Positions 31,320-42,152 of a stretch of DNA of 64,000 nt are shown piece after piece. The position numbers and the translations under genes were made by a program. Source of the stretch: Spirochaetia bacterium (lineage in GTDB: Bacteria > Spirochaetota > Spirochaetia > CADAEX01); the NCBI GenBank assembly GCA_963662795.1, contig OY759746.1, forward strand, positions 3,776,001 through 3,840,000. Direction: 5' to 3'. Under the pieces are notes generated by a model. It saw nothing but the letters and a program-made list of their open reading frames with translations, was not told the DNA's origin and did not search any database. Numbering within the stretch: the first letter of the stretch is position 1; the number at the start of each line of letters is the position of its first letter.

Positions 31320-32636
31320 ATGAAATCCAGAATCATATTTATTATCACTTTATTTGCAATAACACTTGTTCCTGTTTTCTCCGGAGAAGTTATAACACTT
31401 GATGCGGCAAGAAAAATAGCAATATCAAACTCAAATGCCTTGAAAAGTGCAGCCTCCGCCATGGATAAGGCGCAGCTTGAAAAAGCGGCAGTTAAATACA
31501 GCTGGTATCCTGACATTTCAGTAAATGCCGGCTATGAATCTTCCGCAAAAGCCTCGGGCAGCGTATCAGCAACCGATAATACACCGTCAGCCGGTATTTC
31601 TCTTAGTCAGCAGATTTGGGACGGAGGAGTAACCGCAGTCAACAGGAAAATAACCAGCGCTTTATTTGACGGAACGGTTTATGAATGGGAAAATACGCTT
31701 CTCGGGGTTATCAGGGAGTGCGATAATCTTTATTACAGTTATATTGAGGCGATGTCCCAGGCAGATTCGGCAAGAGCCTCCTTCCATACCGCAGAAATAC
31801 TTAAGGCATCAGCTCTTGCAAGATATGAATCAGGAATTATTTCAAAAGTATCATACCTTGAGGTTAAATCCGGTGCGGCGATAAAAGAAACAGAACTTAT
31901 ACAGACAGAAAGCGCTGTCAAAACCGCGGGAAGAGAGCTTGCGTCATACCTCTCTCTTGAAAAAGCGCCTGAAACCGGAGAGAGCAGCCTTTCAGCATTT
32001 GAGAGTTATCTTGAAACCGTTAACCTTTACAGGTCAGCAAACGGGGATGATATTCCTGAAAATCTTCTTCTTACCGGAATTAAAAACTCCCCTGCCCTAA
32101 AAATCAAAACTCTCGCGGTCAGTCAGGCAGAGCTCGAAAAATCGTTAAAAATAAGAGAATACAACCCTGTTGTAAACCTAACAGCAGGCAGCACAGTTTC
32201 AGATATCAGTGATACTACCCGAAACACAAGCATATCACTTTCCGCCTCTTTTCCCATTTCCCGATGGGACAGAAAAAACACTCTTAAACAATCAGATATT
32301 TCTATTACATCTGCAAAAACGTCTGAAGATGAGGCATTAAGGGAATATACGGTTGAAACAGCAAACGCATGGGTTGAACTTGTATCTTCCGCCCAGGCTG
32401 TTTCTTCTGCCGGTATAGCGTTGGAATATGCAGAAGAATATTATAACGAGATTAATGCCCGCTTCATGCTCTCGGCGGAGAGCATATCAACACTGATGGA
32501 TGCGGAAGCTGACAAGATAGACGCACAAAGCTCCTATACAACAGCCAAATTTGATTTTTTAAAAAATATATCTGAGCTGATCTATCTCACAGGACTTGAA
32601 AGCAGCAACAGGCTGATTGATATTTTAAAGGAGTAA
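31320..32636 (+). CDS. TolC-family outer membrane protein
   Basis: Signal peptide, two helical/beta repeats (YPDISV..SQQIWDGG; ARYESGIIS), operon context. Confidence 0.85.
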   Translation: MKSRIIFIITLFAITLVPVFSGEVITLDAARKIAISNSNALKSAASAMDKAQLEKAAVKYSWYPDISVNAGYESSAKASGSVSATDNTPSAGISLSQQIWDGGVTAVNRKITSALFDGTVYEWENTLLGVIRECDNLYYSYIEAMSQADSARASFHTAEILKASALARYESGIISKVSYLEVKSGAAIKETELIQTESAVKTAGRELASYLSLEKAPETGESSLSAFESYLETVNLYRSANGDDIPENLLLTGIKNSPALKIKTLAVSQAELEKSLKIREYNPVVNLTAGSTVSDISDTTRNTSISLSASFPISRWDRKNTLKQSDISITSAKTSEDEALREYTVETANAWVELVSSAQAVSSAGIALEYAEEYYNEINARFMLSAESISTLMDAEADKIDAQSSYTTAKFDFLKNISELIYLTGLESSNRLIDILKE

Positions 32637-32758
32637 TTGCAGTTTAAGATTTATCGGGAGAATACCGGAATAATTTTTTTCAGGATAAAGCAGCTTTATA
32701 ACCAATATCATTGATAATTTATCAAAAAATAATTATAAAGGCGGCCATAAATTCCTGG

Positions 32759-32949
32759 TGCAATAAGCCAATATTGTGACAGGAGTTTTAAGTGAGTTAC
32801 AAAAGAATGAATCTTAATGAAAGAATGGCCATTTTACAGATGATTTATACCAAAGATCAGGGCAAGAAAAACTCTTGACTTCATAACACCTAAAGAAGCT
32901 ATTGCCAATTTGCGCCAGGAATTTCTGTGCACAAAATTATATAATTGCA
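32759..32949 (+). mobile_element. Internally deleted IS30-family relic (MITE-like)
   Basis: Imperfect terminal IRs (TGCAAT..TTGTG-ACA / TGTGCACAA..ATTGCA). RBS plus GTG gives SYKRMNLNERMAI, joined to RARKTLDFITPKEA; these match the IS30 transposase N- and C-termini. Confidence 0.7.
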
Positions 32950-32978
32950 TTTCTATACCGTTCAACTTATAATAATTA

Positions 32979-35393
32979 TTGCTTATGTATTTAAAAAATA
33001 ATTATTATTTAAACAAATTGGTAAATTATTTTTTCATTATTTTCCTGCCGATATGCATTTCCATCATTGCGGCATCATATGCCGGATACTACCTGCAGCA
33101 TGTAGTTAAGCATAAAATGAACATTAAAATTCAGGAATACAACACAGTCAAGACACAGAAAGAAATTGCATACTTCATCATTCAGTCAGTAATTTCTGAT
33201 ATCAAAATAATTTCTTCCAATTATGAGCTCAAATTATTAATTGATAAAAATTATGATAAAAATCAGCTGACATTACCCCGTAATTTCCTGTCAATTTCAA
33301 AGTATAAGGGCACATATGACCAGATCCGGGTACTTGATACCACGGGAATGGAAAGACTAAGAATCGACTTAAAAGAAGAAAACCCGGTATTTATCGAAGA
33401 AAGCCGATTGCAGTTTAAGGGGGACCGGTATTATTTTCAGGATACATTTGAATTAAATGAGGAGGAAATTTATTTTTCACCATTTGACCTCAACATAGAG
33501 CATGGAAGTTTAGAAATACCCTATAAGCCGATGATACGGGTCGGTACCCCGATTTTCGGCAGTCAGCACGAAAAAAAGGGAATAATACTTCTGAACTATC
33601 TTGGTGACAGATTAATTGAAAAAATGGTAAGTCTTAAATCACCGAAAAGCCGTTTTTTTATATTAAATGCCGAAAGCTATTATCTGTATTCAGAGGATAA
33701 GGAGAAGACCTGGGGTTTTATGTTTGAAGAGAAAAAAGGTGTTAATTTCTCAAACGACTTTAATAATGAATGGAATATAATGAAGAAAGAGGATTGCGGC
33801 CAGTATTTTAATGACAAAGGGTTGTTTACATTTGAGAAAATCTATCCGTTAAAATCCGTCAGTGACAAAATAAAGTCTTCAACCGGGTCAGCTGATGCCT
33901 ATGATAAAAGTACAGGCTATATACCGGCTGAAGATTTCCACTGGATATTATTATCATTCATTCCAGATAAAGATATTCATGCGACTGAGGAAAACCTCGA
34001 ACTGTTTATTATTGCAGCTGATATCCTTCTGATTATTTTTTCAGGCATCATGGCCTTCGCGTTGGCAAGGCAAAAGGTTAAGAGGAAAATTGCGGAAGAA
34101 GATTTATTAAACCTCAATAATGAACTGGAAGCAAGAATAAAGGACAGGACAAAAAAACTCTCTGAAGCCAATAAAAAAATAAAAGCGGAAATAGCAAAAT
34201 ATAAATTATTAGTTAAGGAAAAGCTTGAACTGGAAAAACATGTAACCCGGATGCAGAAACTGGAGGCGATAGGGACAATGGCAAACGGAATAGCACATGA
34301 TTTTAACAACATCCTGACTCCAATTGTAGGGTATGCCCAGGTTATGACGGAATCTTCGGATTATTCAAAATTCCCGCATTACAGTCAAAAAATATTAACG
34401 GCAAGCAACAGGGCCAAGGAACTTGTCAAACAGATACTGACCTTTTCAAGAGCGGAAGATGAGAAATATAAGTTAATAAGGATTAATGATGTGGCTAAGG
34501 ATGCCCTGGATATGGTTTCCACCTCTATTCCCTCGACAATTGAATTTAAAATAGATCTAAGTGAAGACTGCGGCACCATCTATGCAGATCCACTGCAGAT
34601 ACATCAGATAATAATCAACCTCTGCACTAACGCCTATCATGCAATGAGAAGCATGGAATATGGCGTGATTACAGTCGACCTAAAGGTCATTTATATCTCT
34701 AGAGGAAATATTATTAATAAAGTTGAGCTGAAAACAGGAAATTATGTGTGTTTGGCAATAAGCGATACCGGAACCGGCATAGCTGATGAAGATAAAGATA
34801 AAATATTTGATCCCTATTTTACGACCAAAGGCAATGAAGGAGGCACCGGACTGGGACTGGCCATTGTTAACAGAATTATTAAAAACATGGAAGGCGAAAT
34901 ATATGTTTACAGTCAAAAAGGAGAAGGAACAACCTTTAAATTATACATACCTCAGAAATCCGGTAATATAACGGCAAATAAAAATATAAATCTCACCGGG
35001 AAAAAACATCAATTCTCCGACTTGAGAATATTGCTTGTCGATGATGAAAAGGAAATTCTCGCGATAGAAGAACTGGTACTAAAAAACATGGGGTTCAGGA
35101 TAACTAAATTCAATCTGCCGGAAGAAGCCCTTGGATACTTTACCGGCAATTATAACGAAATCGATCTGGTAATAACAGATTCTTCAATGCCCAAAATCAA
35201 TGGATTAAAGTTATCAGAAGAATTGCTGAAAATAAAAAAAGATATTCCTGTCATACTCACAACAGGATTTATAAATAATAAAAATGAGCTCAGAGCTTAT
35301 AATATCGGGATAAAGAAAATTATTGTAAAACCATTACTAAGAGGAGAATTGATTAAGGCCATAAGCGAATGCATAAACCCGGAAAAAGAATAA
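32979..35393 (+). CDS. Hybrid sensor histidine kinase (Cache-like sensor, HisKA, HATPase, REC)
   Basis: YDQIRVLD..G.E, GIAHDFNN, NLCTNA, GTGLGL, VITDSSMP. Confidence 0.92.
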   Translation: MLMYLKNNYYLNKLVNYFFIIFLPICISIIAASYAGYYLQHVVKHKMNIKIQEYNTVKTQKEIAYFIIQSVISDIKIISSNYELKLLIDKNYDKNQLTLPRNFLSISKYKGTYDQIRVLDTTGMERLRIDLKEENPVFIEESRLQFKGDRYYFQDTFELNEEEIYFSPFDLNIEHGSLEIPYKPMIRVGTPIFGSQHEKKGIILLNYLGDRLIEKMVSLKSPKSRFFILNAESYYLYSEDKEKTWGFMFEEKKGVNFSNDFNNEWNIMKKEDCGQYFNDKGLFTFEKIYPLKSVSDKIKSSTGSADAYDKSTGYIPAEDFHWILLSFIPDKDIHATEENLELFIIAADILLIIFSGIMAFALARQKVKRKIAEEDLLNLNNELEARIKDRTKKLSEANKKIKAEIAKYKLLVKEKLELEKHVTRMQKLEAIGTMANGIAHDFNNILTPIVGYAQVMTESSDYSKFPHYSQKILTASNRAKELVKQILTFSRAEDEKYKLIRINDVAKDALDMVSTSIPSTIEFKIDLSEDCGTIYADPLQIHQIIINLCTNAYHAMRSMEYGVITVDLKVIYISRGNIINKVELKTGNYVCLAISDTGTGIADEDKDKIFDPYFTTKGNEGGTGLGLAIVNRIIKNMEGEIYVYSQKGEGTTFKLYIPQKSGNITANKNINLTGKKHQFSDLRILLVDDEKEILAIEELVLKNMGFRITKFNLPEEALGYFTGNYNEIDLVITDSSMPKINGLKLSEELLKIKKDIPVILTTGFINNKNELRAYNIGIKKIIVKPLLRGELIKAISECINPEKE

Positions 35394-35537
35394 TAAAAGA
35401 ACAAGAAAAATACAGATGTATGTAATATTTTCATATAAAATGATTTTATACAGCCAATAAAATCTCATTCCTTTCATACAGCCAATATAGATAGCAAAAA
35501 ATGAAATGCAATTTTGATGTTTACATGGAGGTTTTGA

Positions 35538-36728
35538 ATGATTGAAAAAATTGATAAACCTTTACTTATGGTAATTGATGATGAAAAAGAGGTGGGAGAA
35601 TTTATAAAGGATATAGCAGAGTCTATCGGATATGACTGCTATGCCACAACAAGCGTTAATGATTTTTTAGAATCCGTTAAACCCGGCATACATTGCATCA
35701 TAATAGACCTGATGATGCCGGAGCTGGATGGGATTGAATTGCTGAGAAAATTAAGCGCGCAAAAATGTGTTACCAAAATAATTTTAATAAGCGGGTTTGA
35801 TAAAAAAGTATTGAAAACCGCGGAAAACCTGGCGAAGTCATTAGGTCTTGAAACTGTCGGTATTTTAGAAAAGCCGTTTAATCTTGACGATTTGCAGACA
35901 TTATTAGCCAAAGCTAAAAATCAACTGCCTGTAACTAAATATCAAAATACAGGCAGACAATTTGTACAGCTGACAGAAGATGAAATTAAAGAGTCGCTGA
36001 AAGAAGGCTATATTTTCATGAATTATCAGCCTCAAATAAAATTACCGTCGCGCCAGGTTACCGGAATAGAAGCCCTTGTCAGGATCAGGCACCCTGTTAA
36101 AGGATTGATCCCGCCGGATATGTTTATTCCGGGAACTGAAAAGTACGGATTGATCAATGAGCTGACATTTCAGGTCATTGAAAATACTATTAGGGATTAT
36201 AAGAAATTATCCCCAGATCATGTTATAAGCATTTCCATTAACATTTCATCGAAATCACTTACAGACCTCTCCATTCCTGATAGACTGGTTAGATTAGCAA
36301 ATCAATACGATGTCAGCCTTGATCATTTTATTCTTGAAATAACAGAAAGCGGATTGATAAAGGAATATCAGAAAGCACTGGATATCCTGGTCAGATTGAG
36401 AATGAAAAATATGCATCTATCAATTGATGATTTCGGTACCGGATATTCTTCAATGTCCCAAATAAGGAAAATCCCCGCTTCGGAACTCAAGATAGACAAG
36501 AGTTTTATTAATGATCTTTTAACAGATGAGGGAGCCCGTTCCCTCATAATCAAAACTATAGAAATCGGCCACATTCTTGATATGATCGTCGTGGCAGAGG
36601 GAGTTGAGACGAAAGAACAGGAACTGGAACTGGAAAAGCTGGGATGTGATATAATTCAGGGTTATCTTTACAGCAAACCTCTTGATATTACTTGCCTTAT
36701 TGAGTGGATCAATAATTACAATAGATGA
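35538..36728 (+). CDS. Response regulator with EAL c-di-GMP phosphodiesterase domain
   Basis: REC (VIDDE, IDLMMP, EKPF) plus intact EAL, DDFGTGYSS, KIDKSF and AEGVET. Confidence 0.94.
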   Translation: MIEKIDKPLLMVIDDEKEVGEFIKDIAESIGYDCYATTSVNDFLESVKPGIHCIIIDLMMPELDGIELLRKLSAQKCVTKIILISGFDKKVLKTAENLAKSLGLETVGILEKPFNLDDLQTLLAKAKNQLPVTKYQNTGRQFVQLTEDEIKESLKEGYIFMNYQPQIKLPSRQVTGIEALVRIRHPVKGLIPPDMFIPGTEKYGLINELTFQVIENTIRDYKKLSPDHVISISINISSKSLTDLSIPDRLVRLANQYDVSLDHFILEITESGLIKEYQKALDILVRLRMKNMHLSIDDFGTGYSSMSQIRKIPASELKIDKSFINDLLTDEGARSLIIKTIEIGHILDMIVVAEGVETKEQELELEKLGCDIIQGYLYSKPLDITCLIEWINNYNR

Positions 36729-36987
36729 TCAGAAATTCCTATCGTAATAAACTGATATTGTGTCGCGGGTGCGGGAAACCTGGAAAACAATTCTCTGTAG
36801 ATTGTTTTCACTTCAAGAGATATTAGCTTCCTGCTGATTTTTCTTTTTTTCTGAAATTCGAATTCAGATTACAACAATCCGGTTTACCATTCCCATATAA
36901 GTTTTTATTCACTTTTTCCATACGTTCAAGATAATTCATAAAACTGTCTTTTATCTTTATAAAAAAGTTTTTCATTATACTTTCTCC

Positions 36988-37212
36988 TTATTTGAGTTTT
37001 TCTTTAAGCTGCTCAAATTCCTCAATACTTATTTCACCTTTTGCCAGGCGGTTTTTCAAAATAGCAAGAGCCTCATCATCATTAACACTTTTCCTGTTTT
37101 TTCTCGGAATAAAAACAACTGCAAGTACAATAATAAGTATTATTAATCCTAAAAACATATATCCTCCTCCATAAAAAGGAAATCTGCAGAACTGATTAAA
37201 ATAGTAACCCAT
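36988..37212 (-). CDS. Small membrane protein with SHOCT domain
   Basis: TM helix plus ALAILKNRLAKGEISIEEFE; GGAGG RBS. Confidence 0.85.
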   Translation of the reverse strand: MGYYFNQFCRFPFYGGGYMFLGLIILIIVLAVVFIPRKNRKSVNDDEALAILKNRLAKGEISIEEFEQLKEKLK

Positions 37213-37501
37213 GTTTCTCCTCCATAATTGTTAAACAATCTATATACATATAATATACTAATTCCTATGTATTTTATATGATATAAATGTGAAGATTTGA
37301 TGAATTGCAAGAATTATATGCAGGATTTGCCCGGCAGAACCCATCCCGTCAATGACATTTTCAAAATACCTGAACGAGAAAATCTGCTTTCCATATCCCC
37401 GTGGAGGGTGTAGGATACTGCCAAAGAAGCATTATTACGAAGAAGAAAAACACTATATACTCCTCTATACCAAAAAAAATATTCTCGAAGGAATAATATG
37501 T

Positions 37502-37939
37502 ATGCTTGAAATCAAAAGAATAGAAAATACAGACCTTAAGGATTTATCATTATTATTCAAAGAACTATCAGGCAAAAAGAGCATTTGGGAAAATATGATT
37601 AAAAACTTTGAATTGATCAATAAAAATGGAGATTATATTCTCCTTGGTGCCAAATATTATGGGGAACTGGTTGGTTCTTTAATGGGTATCCTCTGTCTCG
37701 ATCTTGTTGGAGAATGCAAACCATTTATGGTAATTGAAAACGTAATAGTGTTAAGTAAAGCAAGAGGTAAAGGTATCGGGAAAAAACTAATGATAGAGAT
37801 AGAAAGAATCGGAAAGAAAAAAAACTGTCATTACATAATATTTGTATCTGGGGCTAATCGAAAGGATGCTCATAAATTCTATGAATCTTTAGGCTATAAA
37901 CTTGATAAAGTACAAGGATTTAAAAAAATATTGGGATAA
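37502..37939 (+). CDS. GNAT family N-acetyltransferase
   Basis: IENVIV..ARGKGIGKKL, AHKFYESLGY. Start placed at the ATG 37502. Confidence 0.88.
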   Translation: MLEIKRIENTDLKDLSLLFKELSGKKSIWENMIKNFELINKNGDYILLGAKYYGELVGSLMGILCLDLVGECKPFMVIENVIVLSKARGKGIGKKLMIEIERIGKKKNCHYIIFVSGANRKDAHKFYESLGYKLDKVQGFKKILG

Positions 37940-38439
37940 AAAATTTTATCTAAAATGTACAGGGAAAGTAATTACCTGAAAGTCATCCTTATCCTGCGAT
38001 AAATTACACTTTTCATATCCCAATGATTGATGCAGAAAATCCGATAGCAAATTATTGGAATATAAACAGAGTGTGCACAGGTGAGTAATTACCCCTCAGG
38101 CGTCCACCCCCGGACATTCACCATGGCCTCCACAGCAAGCGCCTCCAGCTTTTTGAACTGCAGAACAAAGCCGGTTATAAGACTTTTTTATTATTTGTTC
38201 TTGTTTTAATACCAAAAACACATTATAACATTCTTCAGTTGAAGATAACAGAAAAAACTGGAGGGTTTCACGGGAATTGAAATGTATAATAATACTGATG
38301 AGCAAAGTATATATTATATCAGAAAAAATTTAATGACTTATAATCTGAAGCATCTGGAAGTAAGGGACAGGAATAAATATTTGCGAGACATAGACTTGAA
38401 TGCTGAAAAATTAATTTTAAAGAAATATTGAGGCAGATA

Positions 38440-38991
38440 ATGAATGATAAAAACAGGAAATTATCAAATCCCTTAAGGGTAGCGGAATTATCCCCGGCAG
38501 AAACGCTTAAAAAAATCGGATTTAATAAAAATGACGTTCTGTGCGATATTGGCGCCGGCACAGGTGTTTTTACTTTTCCGGCAGCTCTAATAACCGGGAA
38601 CTTTGTATATGCCCTTGATATAGACAAGGATTCACTAGATATAATAAAAGACACAGCTTATAAAGAAAACCTGACAAACATCAAGACACAGCTTATATCA
38701 GGTTACCCGTATGAATTAAATGCTGAATCCATGGATTTAGTTCTGCTTTGTACGGTTTTTCATGAAATAGAAGCCAAAGAAAATCTGTTAAATGAAATAA
38801 GAAGAGTGATGAAAAAGGGAGGAAAACTTGCGTTTATTGAATTTCACAAGCGGCAGACTCCCATGGGACCTTCCATATCTCACCGCATCTCTAAGGAAGA
38901 AGTAATGCAATCTGCGTTAAGTATGGGCTTCATTAAAGCAGAGGATTTTGTTCTCGGAGAGAATTTTTATTGTATTGTATTTAAAAAATAA
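38440..38991 (+). CDS. Class I SAM-dependent methyltransferase
   Basis: DIGAGTG, YALDI, VFHEI, EIRRVMKKGG. Confidence 0.88.
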   Translation: MNDKNRKLSNPLRVAELSPAETLKKIGFNKNDVLCDIGAGTGVFTFPAALITGNFVYALDIDKDSLDIIKDTAYKENLTNIKTQLISGYPYELNAESMDLVLLCTVFHEIEAKENLLNEIRRVMKKGGKLAFIEFHKRQTPMGPSISHRISKEEVMQSALSMGFIKAEDFVLGENFYCIVFKK

Positions 38992-39088
38992 TATCTTTTA
39001 GAATGTCTAGACTGTTATTAATATAACCTGCCAGGTACAATTACCTTAAAACAGTTATTTACAATTCAGCTTACCGCGAAAAAACAAT

Positions 39089-39134
39089 CCGCTGACTGGG
39101 ATCGGACCCGTGGCAAGATCATTACGGGTGATCC
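39089..39134 (-). repeat. Degenerate copy of the tRNA-Thr(CGT) 3' part (old att site)
   Basis: 39 of 46 nt identical to 47394-47439, same orientation. Confidence 0.85.
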
Positions 39135-39311
39135 TCTAGCTTCAGTTATACATGTGGTTCGGCGATGTAAGCTTTCACTTGACCGGAAGACCGCCCCGCT
39201 GTATGATTTTATCAGATGTCCGGTGATCCTGATGCGTATCCGGCCCAAGGGGTTCCGGGAGCAAAAAATATTTCCGGCTTCATATCCTGCGGAATGAGGT
39301 CTGTTATAATA

Positions 39312-41263
39312 ATGAGTATGTACCCGTTTACAGCCATTGTCGGTCAGGAGGCCATGAAAACAGCCCTGGTTCTTCACGCAATTGACCCTTCAATAGGCGG
39401 AGTGCTGATCCGGGGGCAAAAAGGAACTGCCAAGAGTACGGCAGTACGGGCGCTTGCCGGTCTTCTCCCTCCGATTCAGGCAGTTGAGGGATGTCCCTAC
39501 CACTGTCCGCCGAATGCAGATTTCTATATACATGAAGACTGCCGGAAGAAATCACAAAGCGGTGTTTCTTTTACTTCAATTGAGTGTCCGGTCCCGCTGG
39601 TCGAGCTGCCTCTTGGGGCTACCGAGGACAGACTTGCAGGGGCGCTGAATGTGGAGCGCGCCATTCGCGCAGGAGAGACAGTATTCGAACCAGGTTTGCT
39701 TGCAGCAGCCAACCGCGGCATACTCTATGTTGATGAAGTAAATCTTCTTGACGATCATCTGGTAGATCTTCTTCTTGATACAGCTGCATCCGGTATAAAC
39801 CATGTGGAACGGGAGGGGCGTTCTGTACTTCACCCGTCCAGGTTTATACTAATCGGCACCATGAACCCGGAAGAGGGGGAACTCCGCCCTCAGTTTCTCG
39901 ACCGTTTCGGCCTCTGCATCGGTGTTGCAGGAGAACAGGATATAAAAAAGCGCAGCGAGCTTGTCCGGCGGCGTCTTGCTTTTGAAAGAGACCCAATTGC
40001 ATTCTGTAATTCATGGAATGAAGCCCAGAGCGTTCTCCGCCGGCAGATAGTAAAAGCCCGCAGGAATCTATCCAGTGTATCCATCCCGGATGAAGCAATC
40101 GATGCAGCATCAGAACTGGCAATTAAAGTCGGTTCCCAGGGACACCGCGCAGAGATAACAATAGCAAAGGCTGCATCAGCCCTTGCAGCCTTTCAGGAGC
40201 GCGAGTCTGTAACACATGCAGATATAATTGAAGCAGCAACCATGGCACTGCCTCACCGCATAGACCGTTTTATCGAGCATGGCGGAGCAGACATTCCGAA
40301 AGAATTAAATGAGGCGTTATCTGCCGTTTTCGGCGAAATACCGTTTGTTCATAACGGGGATAAAACAGATGCTGACGGCAAATTTCCTGAGTTCGGCCTT
40401 GACGAAGATATTTTCCCTGGTTCCCACGCGGGCGGCATGCCCATCTTCGTATACTTAAAAAAAAAGCATCCAGCATTGTCCTTTTAGCAGACGAAACACC
40501 GCTTCGCCTCTCCTTTGAGGAGCACAACAGTCTGCCGAGACGCAAGGAGGTCCGCCCTTCCATCTGCGGCCGCCATATCGCGTCAATTCCACTTCAATCC
40601 GGAGAACATATAAATGAAATTGATCCCATTGCGACCTGTCTGGCAGCCGTTCTGCGCAAGAAACAGGGAAACAATGTTTTTGAAGATCACAGTGTTAAGG
40701 CACAGGATCTCAGGCGGCGGCTCCGGGTACAGCCTGTCAGAAAGACAATTATCTTCCTGATTGACGCATCAGAATCCATGCTGGTAAGTGAACAGATAAG
40801 ATTAGCAAAAGGAGCTGTTTTAGGTCTTCTTACCAGGGCTTATCAAGAGAGACACAGGGTCGGTGTAATTGTTTTTCGCGATTTGCGTGCAGAGGTAGTT
40901 CTGCCGCCTACATCAAGCATTACCCTTGCCCGAAACGCCCTTCAGGCCGTAGCTGCCGGAGGAGGAACTCCCTTTGCAGGCGGATTACAGGCTGTACTCA
41001 GGGTGGTCCGTTCTGAGCGCATCCGCCATCCGAATGACATTCAGCAGATGGTTCTGGTAACAGACGGGAGGCCGTCTATTACCATGCAGCCCGGGGCAAA
41101 CATGAGACAGGAAGTTTTATATATAGCGCATCAGTTTCCTGCCAGGAACATTCCGGCAATTGTTCTGGTTACGGAAGATACCTGCGATCTTATCAGGGAG
41201 GTTTCGGTTGAAATGAAAGCGCCTCTCCGTAAAATATCTGAGGTGGTTCAGAATAATTTTTGA
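39312..41263 (+). CDS. chlD: Mg/Co-chelatase chlD/cobT-like gene: AAA+ ORF (39312-40487) fused by a -1 frameshift to a linker plus VWA domain
   Basis: [49 protein letters not shown]. The -1 frame is open from the A9G run (40457-40466) through [23 protein letters not shown] and VTDG to the TGA at 41263. Confidence 0.88.
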
Positions 41264-41318
41264 TTGACAAAAGCTGCTTATAACCTGCAGGTTTCCTTAA
41301 AATAATCATAATATCAGG

Positions 41319-41343
41319 ATCCTGCCGCTTAATAAGGCAGGAT
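41319..41343 (+). terminator. Hairpin after chlD (possible terminator)
   Basis: ATCCTGCC-loop-GGCAGGAT. Confidence 0.5.
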
Positions 41344-41365
41344 TACTTATGCATTTCAAATAATA

Positions 41366-41380
41366 AAAGCCGATGACGGG
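41366..41380 (-). repeat. 15-bp direct repeat of the tRNA-Thr 3' end (att core)
   Basis: AAAGCCGATGACGGG is identical to 47390-47404. Confidence 0.8.
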
Positions 41381-41602
41381 AATTTTATTTTAAAAATCAA
41401 TAAAATAAAGACTTTTTTAAATTGATATATTGCAGAAGAAACCAACAATGTTATTAATAAAAATATTATCCCAGCTTCTAAGGTTGGATCCATTTTGGGA
41501 CACAAAAAAAAAGGACATAATCCTCTATGGCTTTGTCTATCACGGAATAATCAATATATTTATATATTGATTAAGTATCAATTCTATTTATAATAATTTC
41601 AC

Positions 41603-42007
41603 ATGAACTTGAAGATATCAGATGGTAATTTACCAGATTATATACATATAAGCATTGATGAATATCCAACTCCCGCTAATTTTGAATTATTGGTTGAGGA
41701 GATTTTTTCTTTACCGTTATGAAAATCAGGATTAAATGTAATAATTAACATTATAGAAGAGAATAACCAAACCTTTTCACTGGATGATGTGTATTTATAT
41801 GAAAGAATAATATCCAGACATCTGGATAAACTAAAAAAATCACATTGCGCTGTAGTTTTAATAGATTTATGCAACCCTGATATTCACGAAATTTTCAAAT
41901 TGATAATTCAGCATAAGTCCAACAAAAGAATCCGTTTATTTTGCACTGAAAATGAAGCTGTTGCCTGGATAAAAGAAATTATCAGTAAAACAGTTGTTAC
42001 AGACTGA
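41603..42007 (+). pseudogene. SpoIIAA-like (STAS/SEC14-type) small protein interrupted by an in-frame TGA
   Basis: The ATG at 41603 is in frame with the 41789 ORF; single TGA at 41720 (LPL*KSG); C-terminus IRLFCTENEAVAWI. Confidence 0.6.
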
Positions 42008-42152
42008 TTAAATATTTAAAGATAAAAAAGGGGAAAACCCTTATGTGTCAACAGAAGGAAACTGCTTTTCATATCCGCGAGGCGGTGATAAACATAACAA
42101 TATTTCCACCCCTGAAATCAGGGTTCAACTAATGTGTCTTATTATCTGATCA

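Noticed and set aside
38096-38305. ORF ending GGACCGGHGECPGVDA (possible metal-binding peptide)
   Set aside because: No convincing start or RBS and no recognisable family; at most a gene fragment.
39060-39310. Possible cobalamin riboswitch or leader upstream of chlD; antisense ORF 39066-39377
   Set aside because: No B12-box recognised, and the structured part is explained by the tRNA-Thr fragment.
40778-41263. Stand-alone VWA gene as given in the ORF track
   Set aside because: It starts after the DxSxS motif and has no RBS; it is the tail of the frameshifted chlD frame.
41720-41722. Selenocysteine or recoded TGA
   Set aside because: The context suggests Trp, no SECIS-like hairpin is evident, and TGA is a normal stop elsewhere in the window.
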